From Tubulanus polymorphus (lineage: Eukaryota; Animalia; Nemertea): DNA of 64,000 nt. This document shows, one piece after another, positions 26,980-36,463 of this stretch. Location: positions 16,464,150 through 16,528,149 of the forward strand of contig NC_134026.1 of assembly GCF_964204645.1 (NCBI RefSeq), given 5' to 3'. Position 1 is the stretch's first letter, and the number at the start of each line of letters is the position of its first letter. The notes below the pieces were generated by a model. That model saw only the letters and a program-made list of their open reading frames with translations, was not told the origin of the DNA and searched no databases. Both the position numbers and the translations under genes were made by a program.

Positions 26980-28176
26980 GGTACCGACCCCAGTTTCCTT
27001 CCTTGGATGTAACTACTTTTCCAGGTATCGTTTGACAACCAGACTTCCCCTCCACATTTTAGATATCCTGTTGTGCAAAATCAGTTGGACCCCCTCGCTC
27101 ATCCATTCGATTTTACATCTCGAATATTTCGAGCCGTTCACTCGATCGCAAATCTATTTCAGAGTCCTTAGCTGGCTTTCGAACAGGCAAGCTGCCAATC
27201 ATTTTAGCGACTGCCGTAAAAGCATCTGATTTTGCAACTTATTCTGTGTAAACTTAAGTATGTCCATGGTAGACGCTCCAATAATTCTTGGAGATTACGC
27301 AACGGCAAATACGGCAAAGGACAACGATATTTGGCAGGGTGATAAAGTTTTAGCATGGCAGTATTAGCTTAGCACAGAAGGTCGACGAGCCTTGCGCATA
27401 CAGTCCGACGAGAACACTGGACATGGTATGCACCTTTTCGTTCAATCCTGTTCGTTGTATCTTGATCACACATTTCGTGGTTCTAACCAATCGACATAGA
27501 AACGATCTGATGGGTTTTTATTGTCGATATTTCGATATCGAGTGGATGCCGAGTTCATCCAATTGATTGACGGGTGCATCAGAAAATACACAAATTGTCT
27601 TGTGATTCACCAAACTGCTTAATGTCACGTGCATTACAGATGACTTGGCCACAGTAGAACTGAATAACTCAACTCTTTCAGCAAGAAAGGGTTATCATCT
27701 TAACCCAATGATCATCTTTTCTCGCTCTCCTCTACACACCAACATGTTAACTGCACATAACACAAATAACCCGTTTGGGTAACGCACGAAGTGAATAGTT
27801 ATAAGAAGTTAAAAGGCAATTCATTCTTAGTATAGGTCAGGAATCAAGTTTACATTGCTTTGTGAAATAGAGCCGTCGACTTAGAACCCGCTGAATCGTC
27901 CGACACATAAACCACGCGACTTTCTGTCATTATTCTTTGTACCCGCCTTACCGTTGAAATGTATGCTATCTCCATTTCGTCCACTAACTTAACCCAGTTT
28001 AAGGTTAACAGTAGGCTATTGAAAAAACATGACTGCGCGAAGATTTTGCGATGATAATTTACGTTCTAATGATACGGTGATCAAACTTGATTAACTGAAT
28101 CCCTAAAATAATTATGATTAGGAAATCAAACTTAAATATACCGGTAATTATGATGAATAGATAGTTATAGCGCAAT

Positions 28177-28324
28177 AGTAATAGGGGTTTAGTTGTTTCA
28201 TACCAAAGGTCGAAGGGTCGAGTGAGTAAAAAATAAAAAATAAATTCTCGCACACTCGAATTTATTTTTTATTTTTTACTCGCCCCTTCAACCTTTGATA
28301 TGAAACAACTAAACCCCTATTACT
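28177..28324. repeat. 148-bp palindrome at the left boundary of the Polinton-like DNA (copy 1, truncated by the Penelope element)
   Basis: agtaataggggtttagttgtttcata...tatgaaacaactaaacccctattact is a near-perfect fold-back. Confidence 0.85.
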
Positions 28325-28431
28325 CTTAAAATATTCATATATATGAATAAAATATAAATGAATAACTTCTAAAATCAATTTTAATTAAAAAAATTAGTAT
28401 TAAAATGGAAGCAAATAGGTGATTCCTGCAC

Positions 28432-28469
28432 TGACACTGACGAAGGCAACCTCGCCGAAATATCTGTCA
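28432..28469 (+). ncRNA. Minimal type I hammerhead ribozyme
   Basis: tgaca-CTGACGA-a-ggc-aacctc-gcc-GAAA-ta-TC-tgtca: stem I tgaca/tgtca, stem II ggc/gcc, conserved core, minimal stem III. Predicted cleavage after C28464. Confidence 0.82.
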
Positions 28470-29972
28470 ATGGAGCGATCTACTCGAAAGAAGAAACGAC
28501 CACCAGCTGAGAAGACCAGCAAGGGCGGAGGACGCCCTGAGCGACACCAGCAACCCGGGATGTCGCCGAAAAATTACTATAGAGCTCTTCAAGTGGCGCA
28601 CCACCTTGCCCAGTTGAGCTCTGGTCCGAAAGCGATTCGGAGGAAGAAGGACCATCTGAAGATGTTCCTGCGGCCGGCGGCTTGCACCGAAGCAGTAACG
28701 GTGCAGCTGCACGCTACCGCGGACGTCTGGATGGAGACAGTTTCGAAAGAGCTGACCATCCATTACGCTGCCACATTTGTTCAGCTAATGGGTGATCCTC
28801 TGCCGGACTGTCTATCAGCACAGGATGTCGCCCTGACATGGGCCCGGAGGAATTTCGGCTCCCGTCTGAGCCCCGGAACGATCCGGCTTTTCAACATCGC
28901 GCTGGATTTGCGGTCGAAATTCCGCGGTCAGGCTCTGTCTGACAAACTCAGAAATGTCCTATCTAACCCACCTTCTTCCCCTTCTCATTTCAGGTCACAC
29001 CACCAGGAGGCACCCACGGAACCGAAGATTCGTCCGCCGCCGAGACCGAGCCGGAAGATTCGAAAGCCCGCGACGCCGAGGACGCCTGCACCAACCGCAG
29101 CCGCGCCCGCCGCGCCCACAGCGCCTCCTTCTTTTTCTGATTCCAGGTCACCGAGAAGCTACGCGGATGTCACCAGGACGCCACCAACCAGAATGGCGCC
29201 ACCACCGAGAAGTCCGATGCCGACGCCGCCACCAAGTAGTCCGACGCCACCGCCTCGAAACCCGACGCCGCCGCCTCGAAACCCGACGCCGCCGCCGCAG
29301 AGAACGCCGACCGCACCAACCAGCAGTCCGACGCCGTCTCTCTCTTCTTCTCTTTCCAGCTCTCCGTCTCATTACAGGTCACCAGGGCGCCTACTGCCAG
29401 CGCGAAGTCCGACGCCAACACCGAGACCGATGGCGCCCCAGGAAGTTCGCCGTCATCCGAATACGGGTCGGAAGAAACAGGATTGGAGTCTGCCACCAAC
29501 CCGGCGACCCATTCTGGTGATTGGTGACTCAAATCTGAGTAACATCACATCAAGCCGCCGTCCGGATGACGTCCAGATCGAGAGCTTCCCCGGCTGCAAG
29601 ATAGCTCATCTCGCCGACCTGATCGATGCTGTACCGGAGCGCCGAGATCGCCCGGATACGGTGATCATCAGCGTCGGAATCAACAACCGCGACAACAACT
29701 TCGAAGCGACCGCCAGGAAGACCACACAGCGCCTGATCAACGCCGCAGTCAAGAAGTATCAGCACTCGTTCGTCCACTTCGTTCAACTCAACACGACCCG
29801 CGAACACCAGCAGTTCGCCCGGAAGTTCAACGAATTCCTCGAGAATAACGACGACGTCACCGCGATACCACCCATCGATAATCGACGCTTCAGAGTTGTT
29901 GGAGACGGGATCCACTGGAACCGTGGTACAGCTAACACCCTGCTGGACCACTGGCTCAGTGGTTTAAACTAA
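28470..29972 (+). CDS. Penelope ORF1: basic/helical N-terminus, Pro/Ser/Thr-rich linker, C-terminal SGNH/GDSL hydrolase (esterase)
   Basis: First ATG at 28470 (MERSTRKKK). SGNH blocks VIGDSN, SFPG, SVGINN and DGIH are present. Confidence 0.88.
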   Translation: MERSTRKKKRPPAEKTSKGGGRPERHQQPGMSPKNYYRALQVAHHLAQLSSGPKAIRRKKDHLKMFLRPAACTEAVTVQLHATADVWMETVSKELTIHYAATFVQLMGDPLPDCLSAQDVALTWARRNFGSRLSPGTIRLFNIALDLRSKFRGQALSDKLRNVLSNPPSSPSHFRSHHQEAPTEPKIRPPPRPSRKIRKPATPRTPAPTAAAPAAPTAPPSFSDSRSPRSYADVTRTPPTRMAPPPRSPMPTPPPSSPTPPPRNPTPPPRNPTPPPQRTPTAPTSSPTPSLSSSLSSSPSHYRSPGRLLPARSPTPTPRPMAPQEVRRHPNTGRKKQDWSLPPTRRPILVIGDSNLSNITSSRRPDDVQIESFPGCKIAHLADLIDAVPERRDRPDTVIISVGINNRDNNFEATARKTTQRLINAAVKKYQHSFVHFVQLNTTREHQQFARKFNEFLENNDDVTAIPPIDNRRFRVVGDGIHWNRGTANTLLDHWLSGLN

Positions 29973-30004
29973 GTATTAGTGAGACCAACGGGTCCACTAT
30001 TGGT
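29963..30004 (+). promoter_or_regulatory. Predicted -1 programmed ribosomal frameshift signal
   Basis: In-frame heptamer T TTA AAC (29963-29969) directly before the ORF1 stop, a 7-nt spacer, then stem-loop tagtg-a-gacc-aacg-ggtc-cacta (29977-29999). The -1 frame is open into ORF2. Confidence 0.8.
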
Positions 30005-32428
30005 GAGTTAAATCAACCGGAATTAACCAATGCTTCTCTGATTTCATCCATTTCCAGGTCCGACGAACACGAAGAACCGGCACCAAACCAAGCGCGACGC
30101 GATCCGGTCACCGCTCTCGGGAGCCCGGTGGTCAACCTCACACGTTCACTCCGCCTAAGTCCGGCGCAACATCAGCTACTCCGAAAGGGCCTCACTTATT
30201 GCCCGACTCCAAAAATCGGTTCTGATGCCGCCGCGACCGAGCGCACCAAGGGAGTGTGCCGATTCAACCGGCTAGTGAAACTCGACCATCACTTCCGAGA
30301 CAAACCGGACCGCGAGGCTCCGCGTTTCCGTCTGCCCAGCAGTTGGGCTCCGGATGAAATAGAACCAGTAATCGCCGGGTTCTGCAACGACGCGCACGAA
30401 TTGGCTCAACAAACCAGGGATACGCGTCGCGTAAATGATAACCTCACTAAACAGGAACGCGAAGCCCTCCAGCAGCTGCGTGACAACACTAATATTGTCA
30501 TCAAAGCCGCCGATAAGGGTTCCGCTACGGTTATCATGGACCGCGACGACTACGTCCACGAAGCCATGCGCCAACTAGCCGATCTCGAGTATTATCAGCC
30601 GCTGCAGCAACCGATCTTCGAACAGACCGGGGAAGAAATTCGCGAAATCATCGAAAATATGGCTCGACGAAAAATCATCCCGCTAAAAACCGCCGAATAT
30701 CTATTACCGCCCGATAATCCGAAACAGAGGCAGTTCTATCTGCTTCCCAAAATCCATAAAGAACGCGAGAAGTGGACGGTACCCGATCGCGTACCGCCGG
30801 GGAGACCGATCGTCTCCGACTGCGGCTCCGAAACCTACGAAATTTCGGAATGGATCGACTACTATTTGCAGCCGATCGCCCGCGGTCACCCGTCGTACGT
30901 GAAAGATACCAACCACTTTCTAGATATTTTGGCCGGTAAACAATTTAGCGCCGATGCGTTACTCGTCACCATGGACATCGATTCGCTCTACACCAACATC
31001 CCCCACGAAGAGGGTATCGCCAGCATCCGACAAGCTCTCCGAGATAACCCAAACCCGGGACGCCCGGATGCCGAGCTGCTGAAACTACTCGAAATCAGCC
31101 TGAAGAAAAATGACTTTAACTTTAACGAAAACACATATTTACAGGTAAAAGGTACCGCAATGGGTAAGCGTTTTGCTCCTTCTTATGCCAATATCTTTGT
31201 AGCCGAATGGGAAAAAGAAGGTCTGTCCAGAAGCGAACTCCAACCATCGCTATACGCTCGGTTCATCGACGACATCTTCATAGTTTGGGAACACGGCCGC
31301 GAAACGTTGATGCAATTCATCGACGTCCTACAAACAGTGAGCCGATCCATCAAACTCAAGTTCGAAATCAGCGACACCAGCGTCAACTTCCTGGACGTAA
31401 CCACTTTCAAAGGCCCGCGATTCGAGACAAGTGGCACAGTAGACACCAAAGTCTACTTCAAACCAACCGATTCGCATCAATTACTACATCGATCCTCGTT
31501 TCACCCTAAACACACATTTTCCGGTATAGTTAAAAGTCAAATTCTCCGGTTCCGGCGCATCTGCAATAACGATTCGGACTTACACGCAGCGTCCGGAACC
31601 GTCCTTAAAGTACTCAGAGGTCGTGGCTACAAAGACCGCGAACTGCGACACATCAAAAGCCAAGCTCTACGGCACCACGCCGAACGAGATCTACGAGAAC
31701 AACAACGGGCCGACGAACCGCCGAAAAAGCGTTTACCGCTTATCTTACCTCACTCCGAAGCCAACCGAACCCTAGCCCGTAACATCCGAACCAGATTTAC
31801 GGAACTGGCTACGGCCACCGGCCGGTCTGACGAGGTAACCACGGTCACCGCCTACACCAAGCACAAGAGTCTCAAAGATCTCCTAACTTCGTCGCAGCTC
31901 AAACCCACGGAGCCACCCCCTCCCCGAGTCCCCTCTTCACCGCATCGTAACAGAAATACTTCCGTTGTTTCCAATTCTTCTATTTCCAGGTCTACTCAAA
32001 GAACTCCGTCAACCCGACGTCGAGGCACCGAGAAATGCAGAACACCGAGATGTCGTACGTGTCCACTCGTCCGAGAAACAACCGTTTGCCGCAGCCACAA
32101 CAAAATGCACGCGATCCGCAGCACAATTAATTGCGCGACCCGTGAAATTGTATACTGCATCGAATGCACCAAGTGCAACATGCTGTACGTCGGCCAAACC
32201 GGAATGTCTCTACGAGAACGCGTCACTCATCACGTCTCACGCATCAGAACGAAGAATTCGACTCCAGTCTCGGACCACTTCAACCAAGTCGACCACACCC
32301 GCGAACACTTTCGGGTGTACGGTCTCCAACACCTACCAGGCTCCACGAGACCGATCCGCGAAGCAGCCGAACAAGACTGGATACGACGACTCGACACGAA
32401 CACGCCCCGAGGCATGAACGTCCCGTAG
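29969..32428 (+). CDS. Penelope ORF2: reverse transcriptase + C-terminal GIY-YIG endonuclease
   Basis: RT motifs LLPKIHK, GRPIVS, DIDSLYTNIP, QVKGTAMG..APSYAN, RFIDD, FLD, YFKPTD. Linker CRTPRCRTC. Endonuclease IVYCIECTKC..LYVGQT...R...H...E..WI..L.T..P.GMN. The frame is open from the slippery site and has no ATG near its start. Confidence 0.95.
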   Translation, partial: LSISETNGSTIGELNQPELTNASLISSISRSDEHEEPAPNQARRDPVTALGSPVVNLTRSLRLSPAQHQLLRKGLTYCPTPKIGSDAAATERTKGVCRFNRLVKLDHHFRDKPDREAPRFRLPSSWAPDEIEPVIAGFCNDAHELAQQTRDTRRVNDNLTKQEREALQQLRDNTNIVIKAADKGSATVIMDRDDYVHEAMRQLADLEYYQPLQQPIFEQTGEEIREIIENMARRKIIPLKTAEYLLPPDNPKQRQFYLLPKIHKEREKWTVPDRVPPGRPIVSDCGSETYEISEWIDYYLQPIARGHPSYVKDTNHFLDILAGKQFSADALLVTMDIDSLYTNIPHEEGIASIRQALRDNPNPGRPDAELLKLLEISLKKNDFNFNENTYLQVKGTAMGKRFAPSYANIFVAEWEKEGLSRSELQPSLYARFIDDIFIVWEHGRETLMQFIDVLQTVSRSIKLKFEISDTSVNFLDVTTFKGPRFETSGTVDTKVYFKPTDSHQLLHRSSFHPKHTFSGIVKSQILRFRRICNNDSDLHAASGTVLKVLRGRGYKDRELRHIKSQALRHHAERDLREQQRADEPPKKRLPLILPHSEANRTLARNIRTRFTELATATGRSDEVTTVTAYTKHKSLKDLLTSSQLKPTEPPPPRVPSSPHRNRNTSVVSNSSISRSTQRTPSTRRRGTEKCRTPRCRTCPLVRETTVCRSHNKMHAIRSTINCATREIVYCIECTKCNMLYVGQTGMSLRERVTHHVSRIRTKNSTPVSDHFNQVDHTREHFRVYGLQHLPGSTRPIREAAEQDWIRRLDTNTPRGMNVP

Positions 32429-32519
32429 ACCGCCTCACTACAACAATTAACTCTCACTACTTTTTTACAGGGATAACCCGCTGCCCGTGCACTAGTGGGG
32501 TCTCCAAACCTTCGGTTTG

Positions 32520-34065
32520 GTCCCCTAACCTCTATCTCTAAACCTAACCCCCTAACCCCGTAAACCCTAAACCCTAACCCTCTAAAACCTAACCCTGTAA
32601 ACCCTAACCCTCTAAACCCTATAAACACTAAACCTCTAAAGACAAAACCCTAACCCTCTAATCACTAAAACTTACCCTCTAAACACTAAACCCTAGCCCC
32701 CTAAAACCTAACCCTCTAAAAACTAAACCTCTAAACACTAAACCCTAACCCTCTAATCATTCAACCCTAACCCTCTAAACACTAAATCCTAGCCCCCAAA
32801 ACCCTAACCCTCTTAAACCTAAACCTCTAAACACTAAACCCTAACCCTCTAAACACTTACCCTCTGAACACTAAACCCTAACCCTCTTAACACTAAACCC
32901 TAGCCCCCTAAACCCTAACCCCGTAAACCCTAAACCCTAACCCTCTAAACACTAAACCCTAACCCTCTAATCACTAAACCCTAACCCTCTAAACACTAAA
33001 CCCTAGCCCCCTAAACCCTAACCCTCTAAAACCTAAACCTCCAAACACTAAACCCTAACCCTCTTAACACTAAACCCTAGTCCCCTAAACCTTAGCCCCC
33101 TAAACCCTAACCCTCTAAAACCTAAACCCCTAACCCCGTAAACCCTAAACCTCTAAAACCTAACCCCGTAAACCCTAAACCCTCTAAAACCTAACCCTAT
33201 AAACACTAAACCCTAACTCTCTAAACACTAAACCCTCTAAATTCTCTCTAAAACCTTATCCCTAAACCCCCATTGAAACCTAACCCGCTAAACACTAAAC
33301 CTCAACCCCCTAAACCCTAACCCTCTGAACACTAAAACCCGCTAAAATCTAACTTTCTAATCCCTGAACACTAAACCCTAGACCCCTAACCCTAGCCCCC
33401 TAAACCCTAACCCTCTAAAACCTAACCCCGTAAACCCTAAACCCAAACCCTCTAAAACCTAACCCTATAAACACTAAACCCTAACCCTCTAAACACTAAA
33501 CCCTAACCCTCTAAACACTAAACCCTAGCCCCCTAAACCCTAACCCTCTAAAACCTAAACCTCTAAACACTAAACCCTAACCCTCTAAAACCTAAACCTC
33601 TAAACACTAAACCCTAACCCTCTAAACACTAACCCTCTGAACACTAACCCTCTTAACACTAAACCCTAACCCTCTAAACACTAAACCCTAACCCCCTAAA
33701 CCCTAGCCCCCTAAACCCTAACCCCCTAACCCCGTAAACCCTAAACCCTAAAAACCACTGAACCCTAACCCTCTAACTCTCTAAACCCTGAACCCTCTAA
33801 TTTCTCTCTAACCCTTTGAACACTAAACCCCCTAAACCCTAACCCTCTTAACCCTAACCCTCTAAACACTAAACCCTAACCCCCTAAACCCTAACCCCTA
33901 AACCCCTAAAACCTAAACACTAAACCCCTGAACACTCTAAACCCAAACCCTTTAAAACCTAAATCTATAAAATTTAACCCTTTAAAAACTAAACCCCTAA
34001 CCCCGTAAACCCTAACCATATGAAACCTAACGCTCTAAAGCCTAACCCCCAAACACCACTCCTCT
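32520..34065. repeat. Telomere-like array, copy 2 (5'-truncated)
   Basis: Matches 11489-13010 at offset +21054 from position 32543 onward. Confidence 0.95.
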
Positions 34066-34184
34066 AATATAATGGGAAATAAATAGTTCGTTGCTTTGTT
34101 TATATAGAATCGCAGACAATAACGCGATTCTTTGCGATCTAATTTTAAAATAAGCTTAGCAGTCCGGTACTCGTTATATTAAAG

Positions 34185-35808
34185 GTATTTGAAGAAAAAG
34201 AACGAAAGTGGATTAAACATGTGTGCGAAACGAAGGGGTGTAGGGAGGGGTACGTCACTATCGATGGCAATGAAAAGCTTCATCGGGCAAAGTGTGCAGC
34301 GGATAGCCAAGTACATTTTGACGATACAAACTCAATCAGAACAATCATAACATGTCAGAATGACCCTTCTTATGGCGGGAAACACAACCCTCGTCAAGGG
34401 AGGTGTCAGCTCTGATCACTTCAACTCTTACGATGAATTCTCGATGATAGTTTATTTACGGGCGTAGGCTATAACATGCTCGTACATTTAGGTTGCCCTA
34501 TCATTGAAAACATCAGCAAAACGTATACCTGTTAATTTAAAGTTACTTAATATCAATAGGTTCTGTAACGAACATAGACCAATGGAAGAGAAAAAGCTGA
34601 CAGACAAACCCAATAAAGACGACCATACAAAACGACCTGAAAGACAGACGCGGATTCCATTATATCTCACAGGTACATGAAAATTAACGCTAGGTTTATA
34701 CTCATAGGGTCAGCGACAATTCAAGATGTTTTTGATTTATATTTTTAATTACAATCTGTTACTATTAAAGAATATATTTAAATGTTTGCATGTATATAAA
34801 TATAAATTCAAGGTTAATTCAATACAACCTAAGAACATATTTAATATTTCAACCCTCTAGTAACCCTCTAATGACAATACTAATCCTATGACTTCACTGA
34901 CCATGTAATGATACTGAACATGTGACACTCTCGAACACAAGAACCCTTTCTTATGCTCCAACGCTATTGACAATATAACCCTATTACCTTCCCTGACACA
35001 ACAACCCTATGATCCTATGACCCTCTCTGACCCTACGTTTAACTATACCCCCAGTATGGTTATGGTCAATGTCAGGGATTTACTTTAAACAATGATTCTG
35101 ACCCTGTAAACAGGGTTTTATTTCTTTCGTTGCGATTCATATAGTAACGAAATCGATATTGTTTACAGATGTATCACGTTACTGTATCACGTTGTTGTAC
35201 ACGATGTTAAACGTGCGCGAAATATGTTACTTGTGGATGAATCCGTCGCTGAATTAGGATGCAAAGATAGAGTACAGAAATTGAATAAGTTTTATTCTAC
35301 TACTGCCGGTATGTTTGCTGCGATAAAACCTTGTGGAATCGTCGTAAGAATGGTTGAGATGTTTTCGCATGAAAGTATAACACAGGCTTTCCTTTTCTTA
35401 CATGAAACATATGTGAGAAATGGATATAAAGATTACTTGAGATACGTCGGTTATGATCGTTGCTGTGAGTTGCATCCATTTTTGTGCCGACTAGCCAAAG
35501 ACGGTGTTGTTGAAGCATCCGAATTGTTGGAGAACACCAAGTTTTTGGTGGATATTTTCCATGTTGTGAAACACACGAAGCCTACATGCATGCCTCTCGA
35601 TGGGCCTCAATGTAAATACCATCCTAATTTAGATGCATTTCAAGATATCGCCGGCACGAATACAGAAAGTTGCGAACAGGGTTTCGTTCGATTGAATCGA
35701 TACAAAGCGGCAACTAGATACATGACCAGGAATAAAAGGAAATTATTTTTCAACTTGATTAATAATGACTTTAACGAGAGACTTGAAAAAAGATTAAAAC
35801 TTGTATAA
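34185..35808 (+). pseudogene. 5'-truncated copy of the KDZ transposase (lacks exon 1 and the left TIR)
   Basis: Same translations as 13131-14754; the upstream exon is replaced by the Penelope element. The right TIR of this copy ends at 43624. Confidence 0.85.
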
Positions 35809-36463
35809 AACATGTGTAAAACGCGCTTCACACCGTATGTTTATTACTTTTCTAAACTGATAAAGATATTAGTATAAACGAGGAGATTTTTCTAAGCTTT
35901 TGGCTACGTATTCCAATGGTCGTTTTATTGAAGCTTAAGACCTGAAATTTGATAGAAAAATGTTGTATTATACAGAACTAGTAACATGTTATGTTATGTT
36001 GTAATCACAGCAATGAGATTTGCTCTTTATAGGTTATTTTAGCTGATGTTTGTCTCATTTCAGCCCAACATTAATGAAGGAGTTAATACCCGGCATTACT
36101 TTTTCCGAATCCTCATAGTTTCTGAAATATTGAACTGTAAACTGTCTAATAGGGGGGGGGGGGGGGGTTACAAAGCTAATCCCGCTAAAACCAATTTCAA
36201 ACGTCTTCTCTGGGATTAAAGATGTAGTTGACACGAAAATAGATGTGAATATAAACTTAAATCATAGCTCCAATGAAAATATATATATTCCCATTGTAAT
36301 GTTACGATGTAAATAAGGATATACTTTTGAGATATTTTCAAGAAATGGTAAGTGGATAAGTAACTTCAGTTTAAATTCTAATGTGTACCGGTAATTATAT
36401 TCGGATGGGCAAATATATAAACAGATACACTTACTGTTGTTCCAAAGGCACTTTTGATGCTGA

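Larger units (their letters stand above)
28421..32542 (+). mobile_element. Penelope-like retroelement (Neptune-like), two ORFs, apparently intact
   Basis: GC-rich block between the two duplication copies containing a hammerhead ribozyme, ORF1 (SGNH) and ORF2 (RT + GIY-YIG). Confidence 0.93.

Noticed and set aside
27100-27640. Possible Kolobok/Mutator-like transposase relic on the minus strand (…VGLYAQGSSTFCAKL.LP…)
   Set aside because: The similarity is too weak and fragmented to support without a profile search.
30003-30057. A 55-nt intron as the mechanism joining ORF1 and ORF2
   Set aside because: The donor lies downstream of the ORF1 stop, and removing 55 nt would break the open -1 frame; frameshifting fits better.
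28467-32628. Many overlapping alternative-frame and antisense ORFs within the Penelope element
   Set aside because: Expected shadows of GC-rich, stop-poor coding sequence; no recognisable motifs.
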